Shown piece by piece: positions 12,523 through 27,138 of a DNA stretch of 64,000 bases (positions within the stretch are counted from its first letter, which is position 1; every line of letters begins with the position of its first letter). A program made the position numbers and the translations under genes. Source of the stretch: Octopus sinensis (taxonomy: Eukaryota); the NCBI RefSeq assembly GCF_006345805.1, contig NC_042997.1, positions 94,054,001-94,118,000 of the forward strand. Direction: 5' to 3'. The notes under the pieces were generated by a model that was not told the DNA's origin, made no database searches, and saw only the letters and a program-made list of their open reading frames with translations.

Positions 12523-13453
12523 CTGAATAAAACACATTTCTATCACTCTTGCTTCTATTTTATATGTTACACTGTCAGAAAATATTTAATACTACATATA
12601 GTTATAGTATATTTTTTATGTCATAAATTAAAATAATTAATAAATAGTCTCAAAAGTTTTCCACATCGAAGAAATCTAGCAAAAGTTAGCGTCAGACATG
12701 TATCTGAATGGCAAAAAATAAAAATTCAGTCGATAATATAAATACAAGCACTGTATAGAAACTTAATATACACTCACTTATTCGGCATCCGGCCAACGAC
12801 GTGTGCCTCTACTATAGTCTATAGTTTACACACACACACACGTACGCACGCACACACATACACACACATGTGTACGCACATATGAACATATACGCCTGTA
12901 TTTACATACACATTCTTTCATATATACGTGCGCTTCCGTGTGTGCATATGTGTGTGTGCGCATGTGTGTGCGTGCATGTGTGTGTTTATGTGTGTGTGTG
13001 CATATGTGTGCATGTAATATTCTCTCACATTACACGTATGTTTTTATGAGATAATATACGTGTATGTGGTTGTAGAAGGTATTCTGAAAAATCTAGTCTT
13101 ATCATAGTATTCTAATGATACTGGCGACTCACTGACGGTAATTAATTTTTACTTCAACACAACACTTGTAAAATTAAACAGCTGATTAAAATGTGAGCAA
13201 TTTAGATACTTAATTACAGCTATTTGTTATTCTATATGTACGTAAACAATTACGAGCGACAAAGTAGATGGAGGGAGTAAGCATCTCTTCAAAACACGGC
13301 AAACCTTCCCTGCATCTTAGTAAGAAGCACAAAATAGAAAACAAATACAGCTTCTTCGGTTTCAAGCACGTTATTTAGAAATGTAGATTTTAAAATAAAT
13401 TTTAGTCGAATTAGTCCTGGGTGACAGATACCATCTGTCTTAGCTTTACTTAC

Positions 13454-13644
13454 AAGGTGAAATATACTTGGTGATTTGTCGAACCATTTGCCTCAGTGGT
13501 TATGAGTTTATATCTACGGCAAGTATTCTGGTTAGAATTTTTTACAGTACAAGAAACCTTGCACATCTTAATTCACCCAGCCGACACAAGTGCAAAGAGT
13601 TTTGGTTTAAAGACCGAAAATTAGAATATTGAAAACTTGGAAGA
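13454..13644 (-). CDS. Candidate exon; ATG at 13566 gives MCKVSCTVKNSNQNTCRRYKLITTEANGSTNHQVYFT
   Basis: Acceptor tagcatttcag| at 13645, donor CCTT|gtaagt at 13453 (phase 2). Two in-frame stops upstream of the ATG suggest 5' UTR or decay. Confidence 0.4.
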
Positions 13645-13876
13645 CTGAAATGCTATAATCATAGAAGATCAAAACTTCAAAAAGAGAAACAAATAACAAA
13701 GGCTATCTTAAAAACATTTGAGAAACCTAACGTTTAAACTCATAATTTATGCTATACCAAAATAGCAAAGGCAAGCGAAGTACGCTGAGCATGTTTATAA
13801 AATATATAAAATATAAAAGTGCATTTCAGTGATACAATATCGAAGATATAAGCAGAAGATTGAACTGTTTACTTAC

Positions 13877-14020
13877 CGAATATTTTCATTTTTTAAATTC
13901 TCTCATTATTGAATATGTTTCTCCTTTTTCTTTCAATCCATATATAAACACACCGAATGATCCAGAAGCCGAATATATCGAGAGTAGGATTTTCGATCGT
14001 TTGGTATGTTTATGTCTATA
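13877..14020 (-). other. Candidate 144-nt exon, probably non-coding (5' UTR) or decayed
   Basis: Very strong acceptor (long T run then gtctttcag|) and canonical donor TTCG|gtaagt, but stops occur in all three frames. Confidence 0.45.
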
Positions 14021-14952
14021 CTGAAAGACAAAAAAAAAAAAAAAAAAAAAAAATGCGAAATATTCATAGCGAGAATTTATAGAACTGATATATTTGTATG
14101 TTTCTTATTCTCTGTGTGTGTATTTGTGTGTACATACGTGTACATGTATATGACTGTGATGTATACATCTATAACTAGATGCATATATATGCTTATAAAC
14201 GTATATATATTGTATATATGCATATGCGTGTATCTATATAAATGTATATAAATATTGATGTATATAACGCGAAACTGTGTCGCAATCTGTTTACGAAACA
14301 AATTCACGTTCCTCCTACAGTTTTGAAAATCTAAATTTCTATTTATGTCTCTGATATGGTATGCTACAAAGATACAAAGACAGTTTATATATTATTACCC
14401 CAAATATTTTAAATTCTGAGTTCTTGATCTTTCGACATTATGGCATTCACTATTCTGGGTTTTGATTTTCAAGCTTTCGACATTCTGATATTTTGGTCAT
14501 TTGAGAATCACTTTCATCATATTCTTGTATTATAAATACCAGTATCCTATCCAAGTGATGATTTATCATTCATCGGTTTGCTGTGGATATGTTAAAGAAT
14601 CCCTTCATAAACACCCGATAGAACAAAGTATATGTGTTACTTAAGCAGTACTTATTCTACTCGCCTCAAGCGATAAGCATGTTCTTTCCTCTCTATCAAT
14701 GTACGCATGCACTTATTTATAGTTAGATGTATTGGCCCATTTGAAACTGGCAGATTCAGCAAAGTTGTATCATTTTCCAAGAAACTGAATCAGATTTCAA
14801 ATAACTAAGATATAAACCAAAGGCAGCAGCAATACTGAAAACATCGATGAGATATATAATGAACATGGTGCACAACCATATTTGCATTTTAGTTTACACA
14901 CCCAATACTTTCGTGGCTGAAATTCAATTACCAACTCACCTACACATATGCA

Positions 14953-15134
<182 letters not shown>

Positions 15135-15274
15135 TCTATCGACCTACACACAAACACACACACACACACACATAAACATACGTTTGTGTGCATGTTTGTA
15201 TGTATTGGATTTAGTCATAAGGCAAGCTTAATGAGTCAACAGAAACAATACTATTAGCCATGTGTAAGATATTA

Positions 15275-16543
15275 CGAAGGTCGGCTGAAAGGTTCATAGG
15301 CTGATCAAGATACATTAAATGTGACCAAATAAAGTTTATTTTTCAACATTATCCCCCTTGCGGTTCGCACACTTTTTCCATCGGTGTTACACTGCTTGGA
15401 TACCATTAATGGGGAAGCTTTCATCCTGTTGATAAAAAAAAATGTCATCAACAGCATATATGACATCATCGTCACTGTGACACTGGTTCCCATTCAAGTA
15501 CTTTTTCATGTCGAGGAAAAAGATGATACTGCTATGGGGCCAAATCAGGAGAATAGGGAGGTTGATCAGCCAGTTCAAAGCAACAGTCACGCACAGCAGC
15601 CATTGCAACCAGGTACTTGTGTGCTAGAGCATTGCCCTGATAAAACAAGACCCCTTTCGCCAGTTTTCTGAGGCGTTTGGTTAGGATAATCTTTTCGCAA
15701 CTGCCTCAGCAAGTTGGTATTGCACTCTTCATTAATGGAGTAACCCTTTTGAAGATAGTCAATAAGCACAATGCCTTTTGCATCCAAAAAGGCTGAGGCC
15801 ATCACCCTCCCTGCAGTTGAAACAATCTTGGCCTTCCTTGGAATAGATGAAAAGAGGTCATTCCAATGCATGGATTGTCTCTTTGTCTCTGATTCAAAAT
15901 GAACCCCCCCCCCCAATACCCATTCTGGCTTTGCAAACATTCAAAGAAACCAACTGAATCTGCTTCAAACAATGTCAGTTTTTCCTGTGATATGATCAGC
16001 CTGGTGCGCTTTTGATTAGGTGTCAGAAGACATGACACCCATCGAGATTAAACGTTCTCATGGCATGTTCATTGTTCAGAATATTCTCAACTCTCTCACG
16101 AGATGTGCTAATAGCATTGGCTATTTGATTTCAGTTCCCTGTCATCCATCACCATGTGGTGAACACGATCAGTGTTTTCCTCAGTGGTGGCAGTTGCAGG
16201 ACATCCAGACTCCGTTCCCTTCCTAAATTCAGCTGCACACTGTTGCACTGTTGATAACGCTGGAGTGTTATCCCTTAATGTAGCAACGATGTAAGCATGA
16301 ACGTCTTTGAGGTTTAAACTATTTTTTGCAGATATTTGGTAATACCACGATACCAAATTTTCTTCTATTTTCATGATTAAATAGCTACTAGTTACTTTTG
16401 ACGTTTTCTATGAACACTGAGATATCAGTTTATCTGGAAAGAAACCATGCAGTTATAGGAAGGGTTGAAATTAATGCATGCAAGATTTTACAGCTCTGGC
16501 ATCACTCCTTCATAGTCAGCTTAAATTTTTCAGCTCACCCACG
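15275..16543 (-). mobile_element. Full-length decayed mariner transposon
   Basis: TA TSD at 15273-74 and 16544-45; degenerate TIRs cgaaggtcggctgaaaggttcataggctga / tcagcttaaatttttcagctcacccacg; transposase remnants ATATTEENTDRVHHMVMDDR, ETKRQSMHW, AGRVMASAFLDAKGIVLIDYLQKG, SDDDVIYAVDDIF. Confidence 0.85.
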
Positions 16544-16699
16544 TACGTAGGTGGTGGTGATCTTCATTTCTTACAATATAGATAACAAATATTACTAGTA
16601 CGTTAATTTTCTTTTAAAAAAATGTTACGCGGATGCGCTCTGCTAGATCTGTATTAAGATACACAATAATGTAACATAGCTAGGCAACTGACGCTAGTC

Positions 16700-16965
16700 C
16701 AACCAAATACAAATCATTACAGGAAATATCTCTCTGTTATATGCATGAATCTTCACCTGCCTTAGAAAAAAACAATGAAAAACTCTATGGAACTTTAGCG
16801 CGTTGACAGAACATGCGATAACACATAACGAGCCCATGACGTCATCTTCCTGAAGAACAATGAAAATCGTGCACTAATTACTAACATAGAAATACCAAAT
16901 GATTATAATGTGCAGAAACGAGCAGAAACGCTGAGGAATTAACTGACATAGCCGTCGAATTAATC
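16700..16965 (+). mobile_element. Relic of a non-LTR retrotransposon with a restriction-like endonuclease (R4/Dong/HERO-type)
   Basis: Frameshifted translation YMHESSPALEKNNEKL..., HNEP/DVIFLKNNENRALITNIEIPNDYNV and TDIAVEL resembles the PD-(D/E)xK domain motif WYEHxPxxVLEN...HNRPD...LIDIAIP. Confidence 0.5.
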
Positions 16966-19698
16966 TACCTATTCTACTACTCAACAGTGATTAAATATAA
17001 AAGTAAAAGTAATTAGAACATTTCTCTGTTCCTCCGCCTTGATATTGTTTTTGTTAATTCATCTCCCATTTCCTCCTGCACTTCCTCCCCTTCCTTTCCG
17101 CCCCCTCTCTTATTCTTGCATTAATTATTCTGCTGGCATCATTACACAGCTGCAATCTCCCAGTTAGGTACCTTCCTCAAAAGAAGTGCGATTCCATTGA
17201 ACACAGCAAAGTCAGCCTATTTACTAGAGACAAGATGGTTAACTCTTTGATACTTATATTATATTGCAACATACCTTCCTTGCCTTTTCTTTACCTTTGT
17301 ATTTTATGCCTACTCAGTCTACGATTTTAAAATTCTACCTTTTGGTTTTAACTCACTTTCAAAGCCAGTTCTATCTCCCTTATTAGTTCATCTGATTGCT
17401 TCCATATCAAAATAATATAATCTATATTCTCCTCTCACAAAATATCCACTTATCCCGAAGTATCTTGATATTCAACTCAATTGATTGGAGTGGCAATAGT
17501 TATATTACGACTCAATCTTAAGAAATGTTGGTTCTCTTTTACATATAGGAATGTCTTAGATATATTCATCCACAGTTCTCTCACAATCGAAGGTCACAAT
17601 CACAAACCACACAGACCACACAAACTAATCCTGAAGCAGTACAGATGCTTACACTGTCTTGAAACAAACAGTCACACATTTGGCATTCCGTCGATTACGA
17701 CGAAGAGTGTTCCAGTTGGTCTGATTAACAGAAGAGCCTGCTCATGAAATTAAGGTACAAGTGGCAGAGCGCTCCACTAACATGCATTACATTAACGTAG
17801 ATCTCAGAAATTCATCGCGACACAAAATGTGGCAAGGCTGGTCATTTCAATTGCATGTACAACGTATCAACTGAGTGGAACGGGAAATAAAGTATCTTGC
17901 TCTAGAACATGATGCACTGTAGGGACTCGAACTCACGCTCTTACGACCGTGAGCCGAATACACCTAGTCACACGTTATCGCCTCTTGACATACATTTATC
18001 CATTGAACGAAATTTTCAAATTTCCTAATCGAAAAATTAAGAGATGCATTCTCTTATCATGCAAGGTGCATGTTGTGTTCTCTCACCATCTAAGTTTCTT
18101 GCTCTAAAGTATTTCAGCTAACTCTGCAAAGTTTTACCATTTTCGCCACTTTACGACATACTATCTAAATACTGCTCATTTCCATTGGCCAAGGTGGGAA
18201 TTTCGATGCAGTTGCTCAGCCTGCTACAATTGGCAATTAATTTTCCTTGAAACACACCCTACCGTCTAAAACATAATGAAGTAAAGATTAAATATTTCAT
18301 TTTAGGATAATAACAGGTGATCGCATTTGGAATGTATCTAAACTCAGGTCTATTTTATCAGAGCTTAACAGAAGTTAAAATCCCACAATAGTGACAACAA
18401 GAACATAACATGAAGCTATTTTTCTGTCTGATTTACATGCAACACCACATTATGCTTAGGCACAACAGAGCGTCCTCCAAATTTTGTTTTTGTACTTCCA
18501 TATGTCTGACAATGCAGCAGCGGTTGTCAAGTGTGAATTTAAAAAAAAATTATTATAACTTCAGCTCAACAAAATTATTATTCTCAACGAAGCCAAATTA
18601 TCCCTAAATGATTGCATTTCAGAGCTAGCTTTTGTATGTGCCAAATTCTTTGACATCCGACCTCTTTCTGAATATGTCTATTCCATTGTAAGGGACTTCA
18701 ACGAGAACGAGGAAATTACGTTTCTCTTGTCACCTGCAAACCTCTAAACTGTCCATAGGCGCTGTGTGGTAAGAAACTTGCTTCCCAACCACATGGCTCC
18801 AGGTTCAGTCCCACTGCGTGGCATTTTGGGCAAATGTCTTCTACTATAGCTCGGCCGACCAACGGCTTGTGAATAGATTTTGTAGACGGAAAATGAAAGA
18901 AGCCTTTCGTTTATTTATTTATTCATTTATTATAGATATAAGGTAAAAAATTATTAATTTAATATTCAACAATTTCACCTAGTAGTTCGGTATGAAAAAA
19001 AACATTATCGGTAAAAACTTATATAAAAAGTTTTTTAATAATTATAAACTTAATTAAGGGATTAGCAAAAGTTGCTTCACCACATACCGAAATTTAGAAA
19101 TAGCAGTTAAACTACTAATTTTTCTACTACACTATATCTCCACAGACAATAATATACATAATTTACATAGGCAAAAAGAAGAAAAAATACCGAATCAACT
19201 AGCCTTAGTTAATTATGTACGCGTTTCGCGATTAGAATGGCGTAAAATTAATTTCCTTCGTCATGTTTATATATATATGAGTGTCTCTGTGTGTGTGTAT
19301 GTGTGTGTGTGTGTGTGTCTGTGCCTGTGTTTGTCCTCCCATCACTGCTTGACAACCGGTGTTAATGTGTTTACGTCCCTTTAGCCAAGCAGTTCGGTAA
19401 AAGAGACCGATAGTGTAATAAGTGCTAGTGTAGGTCGATTGTTCGACTAAAATGCTCCTCAAGGAGGTACTCCAGCATGGCCGCAGTCAAATGGCTGAAA
19501 TTGTCTTGCATCTACGGCAGACTATATTCGCAAACCTCACTCAGTCAACTCCTCTCTAATTAAAGTTCCTTCCTTCTGTAAATTAATAGCATGTTACTTT
19601 TAAACAGATTTAGTTTTGATAAGATATCTCACATCACTCCGGGAAATGGCATCATCTATAGCGCAACTGCACCAGCTCACATCATTATATGGCACACA

Positions 19699-19729
<31 letters not shown>

Positions 19730-19867
19730 GTGTGTATATATTTGCACACACACATATCGATATAATCTAGCAGACACTATAAATGATACAGTTCTATATT
19801 TAAGAGATGAGGAATTATTTACATTATTTACATTTGCCGGATATTTGTCCTCCTCTCGTTTGTTGTT

Positions 19868-19913
19868 AACGCAACGTTTCGGCTGATATACTCTCCAGCC
19901 TTCATCAGGTGTC
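19868..19913 (-). ncRNA. Minimal type I hammerhead ribozyme motif, canonical core
   Basis: Minus strand: gacac-CTGATGA-a-GGCTG(gagagtatat)CAGCC-GAAAC-GTT-gcgtt. 5-bp helix II, palindromic helix III, helix I with one mismatch. Confidence 0.7.
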
Positions 19914-19921
19914 TTGGGGAA

Positions 19922-20004
<83 letters not shown>

Positions 20005-20097
20005 CCTTATTATTATCCTTATTATTATTATTATTCAGGTCACTGCCTGGAATCGAACTCGGAATCTTGCGATTAGTAGCCCGTGCTCTTAACCACT
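19922..20097 (-). mobile_element. Short tRNA-derived retroposon with long (AAT)n tail
   Basis: agtggttaagagcacgggctactaatcgcaagattccgagttcgattccaggc (A/B-box-like) followed by a ~115-bp (AAT)n tail. Confidence 0.55.
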
Positions 20098-22918
20098 AAT
20101 CCATATGCCAATCAGGTAATAGTGCTGGTGGATTGATTCGCGACTATTCTCATGTATGAGTTGACGGTTGTTTTTTTTTTTAATTTTACATTTTCTTGTG
20201 TTTTACTAATTGTTGACTAGCTTGAACACTTATCATTTAGAACCGACGGCTTTCAAACGTGCGTGCTACTCTCAAAAGCTTGTGTTTGACCAAAACTATG
20301 TTTAAGAAAACTTGTCGAAGAATTTCAAGGGCCTAGTTGGCAGACTTACTGAGATTCATATAAAATTTGATGCGGGCATATCGATCAAATTTGTCCATAA
20401 TCAAAATCAAACACCATTTCTAGCCCAACGTAACAGACCATTAGATAATAATTGAACACGCGAAGATAGTATGAAGCCTATTTGTAATCTGGTTACCAAT
20501 CATCAGCTGCGCACGCGTTTTTGTTGAACAGGAATGTCATTGCATGTACAGTTTGGAAACTTTCTGATAACACCTCATATATCACTAACGAAACTGCACC
20601 CTATAGATTTTGTTTTCTCTAGGGTTTGATATTTCAGATCTGATAATTTGCTGATCCTATTCTTGTGGCCTTAGTGTTCGACTTGAATAGCTGCATGTTT
20701 CTTGCTGATGGTAAAAAAACAGACAGGAAAGAAATTGCAGAGGAAAGAGGTTATGGCGGAGAAGAACAGGACAAAGATGTTCGCGCAACGATTACTAGCA
20801 AATAAAGCATAAGGAAAATGGTAGAAGACCGACTAACTCTGAGAAACAGAGGCCACTGTAGTTGCGAGGGAGGGACAACACGCCTGTGGCCAGAAGCAGG
20901 AGTGTATCGGAAATCAACTTCATGCTAATTAGGCGAGTTATCTGGTGGTGGTGATCTTCATTTCTTACAATATAGATAACAAATATTACTAGTATATATT
21001 ACTAGTATTACTATAATATTATAGATAACAAATATTACTATTTTTTGATGTCTCAGCTTTTAACATCATCATCGCTTTAGCATCATTTTCGGTCTAATAT
21101 GAGATTTATAGTAGAAAACATTACAACTCTGTAGATTACATTGATATCCACATGAATTCTAAACATATTGGGGGAATACGAACTAAAATATCCAGTGTTG
21201 TGCAATAGATCTTCTTTACACTACCGAAATTATGAAATTATTTAAAATATGCATCACGCGAAATATATTTGTATTCAACAAACTTCTTTGCAACAATACT
21301 AAGAACACTATCAATCAGAACACTTATTATCTGTCATCATTAAAAAAGACACGGTAACATTTCTATGAAGAACAACACCATCAATAAAGAGCAGTAACTA
21401 GAATAATTATTGGTGTTTTTCCCATAAGCATTTTAGGGAGTCTGAAAAGTAAGATATTTTAATTATAGCCTTCCCCAGGCTGTCAGTGATGCAACAATCA
21501 TAAATCAAAGCCAAATTTGTAATTTGGCATAAAGTAAATTACGTCTACTTAATAATATCTACTAAGTGTCATTATATCTAAAGAAGGGACATATTAATTT
21601 TGTATTACTTTTACTTTTCGCTTCAACTCTGATTGTATGTTGGCTGTCAGAATTTCTCCCTGAGGTCCCAGAATCAACGAAACTACATATGATAAAACAA
21701 GTTGTCTGGCACCATGTCAAGTGAATAATAACGAGCTAAGGTGAATGCCCTTACGCGGTTAGTCAACTTATATGAAATAACAACCAAATTTCCATCAAAT
21801 CATAAACATAGAATAATCTACACCTGAATAAATTATGAGAAAAAAGAGGGTGGTTGCGACAGGAACGCTTTTGATAATAAGTCTGCTCAAGAAGGAATCG
21901 CTTTGAAGTATACAATAACAACAAGCGTAACAGCATCAATATCAAATCGATCATTACCTGAATTGTAGTGAAGGTAGGAATAGGGAAGTTGTTGTGTTCA
22001 TATTTATTCAGTGAGTATTTTTGGTACAAATGAAAATAAAATGGTTTCACCCTTTAATTTATACCACGTCGCCTTTTTTTCCCAAGGATTTTACTGTCAC
22101 TGCAATGATATACACCCACCGCCAATTAATAACAACCTTAATAAAGTCTTTATATCAACATTATGTTCAAAAATATGTAGAACATAGGCACTATTGCTCG
22201 ATTTGATCCTAGTTCATGATGGGTGTCTGTTCTCCTAAATTAGAAGCTATGAACGCAAAGTTGTTATTGGTGAGATAGGAACAAGTACACAGACGAAACT
22301 AAATGTTTCGATTTTTCATCTTTCCATTTCTGCCTTTTCAACTTGCTCTCAACCACGATTTCTAAAAACAATTAAATTACATTTCATTTACGAGGACATC
22401 CCTTCTGTTCAATGATACAGAGCAATGCCATACACTTGTCTGTTTCCAGCTAAATGACGTATATTGAATGATACATTTATGATAACTGTGTTATTGTTTT
22501 CTTTCATTTTATGCGAATTTCCTTCATTCTTCAAAGAATTGTCGGTATAACGGAAAGATCATGATTGTGTTTCTGGGCACAAATAATTACATAATCAGTC
22601 TAGAATTTAGAAATAATGCTTTTGTTTTTCATTTGGTTTTCTTTGAATCAATCGTGATGGTGACATTTGGATAATTCATAAAAATTCAAAGACTGATAGA
22701 ATTCAAATTAAATGTCCGGTATTATGATTACAAATGCAGTTGTATGTGTGCGTTAAAAATGGTGTAAACATCAATCGTTCAAAACCTATGAAAGCATTAT
22801 AATGTTTTAGAAGGTAGAAGTTCAAATATCTAAAGAATTTCTTTTATTTTATTGTAATAATCAATAATTTCAAAGTCCGGAATATCAGATTATGTTTTCA
22901 TTTAACTTGTCCTTTATT

Positions 22919-23303
22919 GGGAAGCACTCCGTCGGTTATGACGATGAGGGTTCCGGTTGATCCGAATCAACGGAACAGCCTGCTCGTGAAATTAACGTGT
23001 AAGTGGCTGAGCACTCCACAGACACGTGTACCCTTAACGTAGTTCTCGGGGATATTCAGCGTGACACAGAGAGTGACAAGGCCGGCCCCTTGAAATACAG
23101 GTACAACAGAAACAGGAAGAAAGAGTGAGAGAAAGTTGTGGTAAAGAGTACAGCAGGGATCACCACTATCCCCTGCCGGAGCCTCGTGGAGCTTTTAGGT
23201 GTTTTCGCTCTATAAACACTCACAACGCCCGGTCTGGGAATCGAAACCGCGATCCTATGACCGCGAGTCCGCTGCCCTAACCACTGGGCCATTGCGCCTC
23301 CAC
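22919..23303 (-). mobile_element. Full-length tRNA-derived SINE with 11-bp TSD
   Basis: A-box tggcccagtgg, B-box gtttcgattccc; TSD tgtcctttatt at 22908-22918 and 23304-23314. Highly similar to 53982-54292; older copy at ~17700-17960. Confidence 0.85.
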
Positions 23304-26300
23304 TGTCCTTTATTACTACGAGGTCTGATAGTCTTCATACCCAATCCCCATTGTCTCTAGCCTTGTTCCGAATTTTAGCATAAGGTTAGCAAATTTGGAG
23401 GCGGGGATAAATCGATTACATCAATCCCAGTGTTCAACTGGTACTTTATCGGCCTCAGAAAGGATGAAAGACGATGTAAACATCGGTGGAATTTGAATTC
23501 AGAACGTGAAGACGGACCAAAATGCGGCTAAACTTTCCCTGGCGTGCTAACGATTCTGCCAGCTCTTCACCTTATAGCTTTTCTTTAATATTAACACTTT
23601 GATACGCCGTTCCATAGTTCTGCGGTCAAAGTCCACCATTACGAGTCAAGGAACTGACTTTAATTCCACTCTGGAAATACGTTTATACGATAAAGCAAAT
23701 GAAGATTGCAGAATTTGAACTTATGAAAACGTAGAATAGAACAAATATGCTTGAATGATGAGGCCAATAATCTGGAAGGTGGACATTATCTGAAAAGCTT
23801 ATCGTTAATTAACTACACATATTTATCATTATTTGACATCAGAGTAAAAGAAAAACACAAAACTTGACTCTTTAGATAAACTGTTAATTGACACTACATC
23901 TAACACCCCAACCAACTCTAGTTCTTGGCGAAGTCATAGTAACGTTATCTTATCCACGATACTGCTCCATTATATAGCCTAGATACACAAAACTGCACGG
24001 CGCAGATTCTTAACTATGAAAAATTACTATCGCAAAAAGAGAGAGAAAAATTGTCGGGATGAAGCAGCCTCGGTGTAATTAACATGTGTTTCGTTAGCTT
24101 ATGGTATTGGGTTAAAATAAAGAAAAGATTAGGTGGTGTATGAAGAACACATTGATTTTCTATATTACGAGAAGTCACACCGTAGAATAGGACGTACGTA
24201 CAAAATAACATGCTTTATACTATAGGCACAAGGCTTATATTTATACTTGAAACATACTTGAAATATAAGTATAAGTACTTGATTGGTATTTATATTTCAT
24301 GTAATAAAATAATCTCATGTTTAAATAAAAGCAAGAAACTGTCAGAGAATAGAAAGTAAGAAAACTGCTATAAAAAACAACAATATTTATTAGGGTGTGT
24401 ATGTGTGTGTGCGCACGTATGTGCGAGTGTGATGGTGTGTGTGTATATGTGTGTTGTGTGTGTGTGTGAAGAACACAAAATTACATTTTGAATCAGGAAT
24501 TTCTTTCGAGTATAATTTCGATGTCTTCTTCATAGAGTGTGTCCAGAGCAAGTAGGCTCCGGATGATATAGGTAGTTATTCTTCTGTATATACGCATAGA
24601 AACGAATAATTAATGACAGTCGTTTGGTTTTAGCAGTAAAAATACGAAAGTCAAATCAATTATCTTCATCAATGGTAGTTGAATATAAACACACTACTCA
24701 CACATAAGTTATTAGTTATTAGTACTACATAGATACATGAAAAATAAATTTGTTATAGGTAAATCATATATCGTTTAAATAAATAAATAAAAATTGTTCA
24801 TTGAAAAAATAGAACACGTCTAAATATGAATGCATAACCAACTTTGGTCTCAGCATATACTTTAATTAAAGATCGCATACCCATCACTGTACATATTTCA
24901 TTTCACTACTTTAGCTTTTGAATTTTTGTATATATATTTATTTATCCCCTCCCCGAAAGATGAGCAGTTACCTTCCTTGTCACCAATAATAATGAACACC
25001 AATTACCTCCCATTAGATTTTTCTACTTGTTGAATAATTCATTCACAAACTTCTTCACACACAACATGGACTAAAATCTTCTTTAGAAAATACGAAATTA
25101 CACTAATTTCAATGCCATGATTAACGAAAGAGAAACCGGTCGACAAACAATAGTCTTTCACTTATAAAATATATTAAATAATATAGTAAAACTATGCAAA
25201 CTGTATGTATTCACTTCTTTTATTTTATTTAGAAAAGTTTTACATGTTAGGTATCTATCTATTTATCTATCTATCTATCTGTATATACATTCATACATAC
25301 ATACATACATACATATGTGCATTTATGTATAGGCCCCGGCCAGTCTGTGTGTAGGAATTTTCTCCAAGGGGTCAAGCAGTCTCACTGCATCACCCCTTGC
25401 AGAAGTTTCTTTCACTCTATTGTTAGGCTAACCAGACATATATCGAGTGGATATGGTAGATGGAAACTGAAAGTAGCCCATTGAATATATGCATATACAT
25501 TTATGTGTTTGCCTTTGTCCTCCAGCCTCCTTGATTAACAATGTTGGTTTGCTTACCTCCCCTCCACAAAGAGACTGATAGAATAAGCATCAATCTTTAA
25601 AAAAGTACGGAGTCGATTTGTTCGACTAAATCATTGAAGGTTGTGCTCCAGCTTGGCTGCAGTCGCATGACTGAAACAATACATACATACATATATATAT
25701 ATTTATATAAACATATGCGTGTGTGTGTGTTTGCGTGGATGTAAGTATGTATGTATGTGTCTGTGTGCGTGTAATCTGTGTGTACAGGTGTCTGTGTGAA
25801 TATATATACAACAGTCTATATTCGTAGTTTACTTTCAATTAAATCCCACGAATATTGGTAGAAATTTAAAAAGCAATTTGTCTGCAAACCAATCATTCAC
25901 GATGAACCTCAAACATTACAATGCCTAGGAATTTGCATAATAGTTGTATGTGCACATAAACTTATATTTATTTCACACGTGTAGTCACATTCAAGTTTAT
26001 AGGAATTCAACTTTAATTTAATTTCTTGGATCATTTAGCAAGAAAACTTTTGGAAAAGGATTGTGTAGCTTTTTCCGGTGATATTCTAGAACTTTCAACA
26101 AACGTATTCTATATATTACATAGTTCCTGTCTCCGCTTTCACGTACACTCTGCGATCTCATGCATAAACCCGAATTAAAAGAAACTATTATACGGGAAAG
26201 TAGATTTTCTCTTCTTTTCATTTTGTATTCCTTTTATGGCATACACTTTACATACTGAAACATGTATCATGAATTATGTAGAAATTTATTGACTGGTTTG

Positions 26301-26378
26301 GTCCAACTAACGTCATATTGTGTCCAACTTGTTCATGTTCATTTCTGACTTGTGTATTGCTGTCTGTCTGTTTGTCCG

Positions 26379-26508
<130 letters not shown>

Positions 26509-26725
26509 GGACAGACAGACGCAAGTCAAATGGGCTCCACGTAAGTTGGTATTTTTATACGTTCAAAAGTGTATATTGACAAATATTTTGTGTTTAAAAG
26601 TTGTGCAACAACATCCACTGCAAACCTTTGATAAATATCTACACAAAATTTTGCCCCTTGTGGGCAAAATTAAAAGAAAAATTCTCATAGCCTTCGTGGT
26701 TTCATTTAGCCATTTTATTTCCAAA

Positions 26726-27088
26726 ATGGCCACTGGTCACCACGAGGCTGAGGTGCAAGTCAAGCGTGATGCAGAGACAGAAAAACAGGATGCTCTGTTA
26801 GCATACGCTGAACCTGACAACAACACCACCACCTCCACCACCATCAACATCGACAACAGCAACAAATACAAAACAAAGGTCGCAAGGCCAAGCACCGTCA
26901 ACACCATCAGTAAGTCCACCACCAACACCGACAACAACACCATGGCAGAATCTGCTACTAAAACTACTATCCCTACTAAAGACATCGCCACCAATAACAA
27001 TACCAACACTACCATCACCGCCACCAAAGACCGTGCCGTCAATGCTACTAATACCACTAACACCACCGCCGTCACCAAGAACGACAAT

Positions 27089-27138
<50 letters not shown>

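Noticed and set aside
13886-13888. In-frame TGA in the 144-nt exon rescued by A-to-I editing (UGA to UGG)
   Set aside because: The next strong acceptor (13644) has two more stops in that frame and no pairing partner for editing was seen; unsupported.
20040-20097. tRNA gene
   Set aside because: Incomplete cloverleaf with an (AAT)n tail; it is a SINE head. No intact tRNA gene was found in the window.
20833-20923. Signal-peptide-like ORF start MKLISDTLLLLATGVLSLP with a gttagt donor
   Set aside because: No convincing in-phase downstream exon; the GC-richer context suggests an old repeat.
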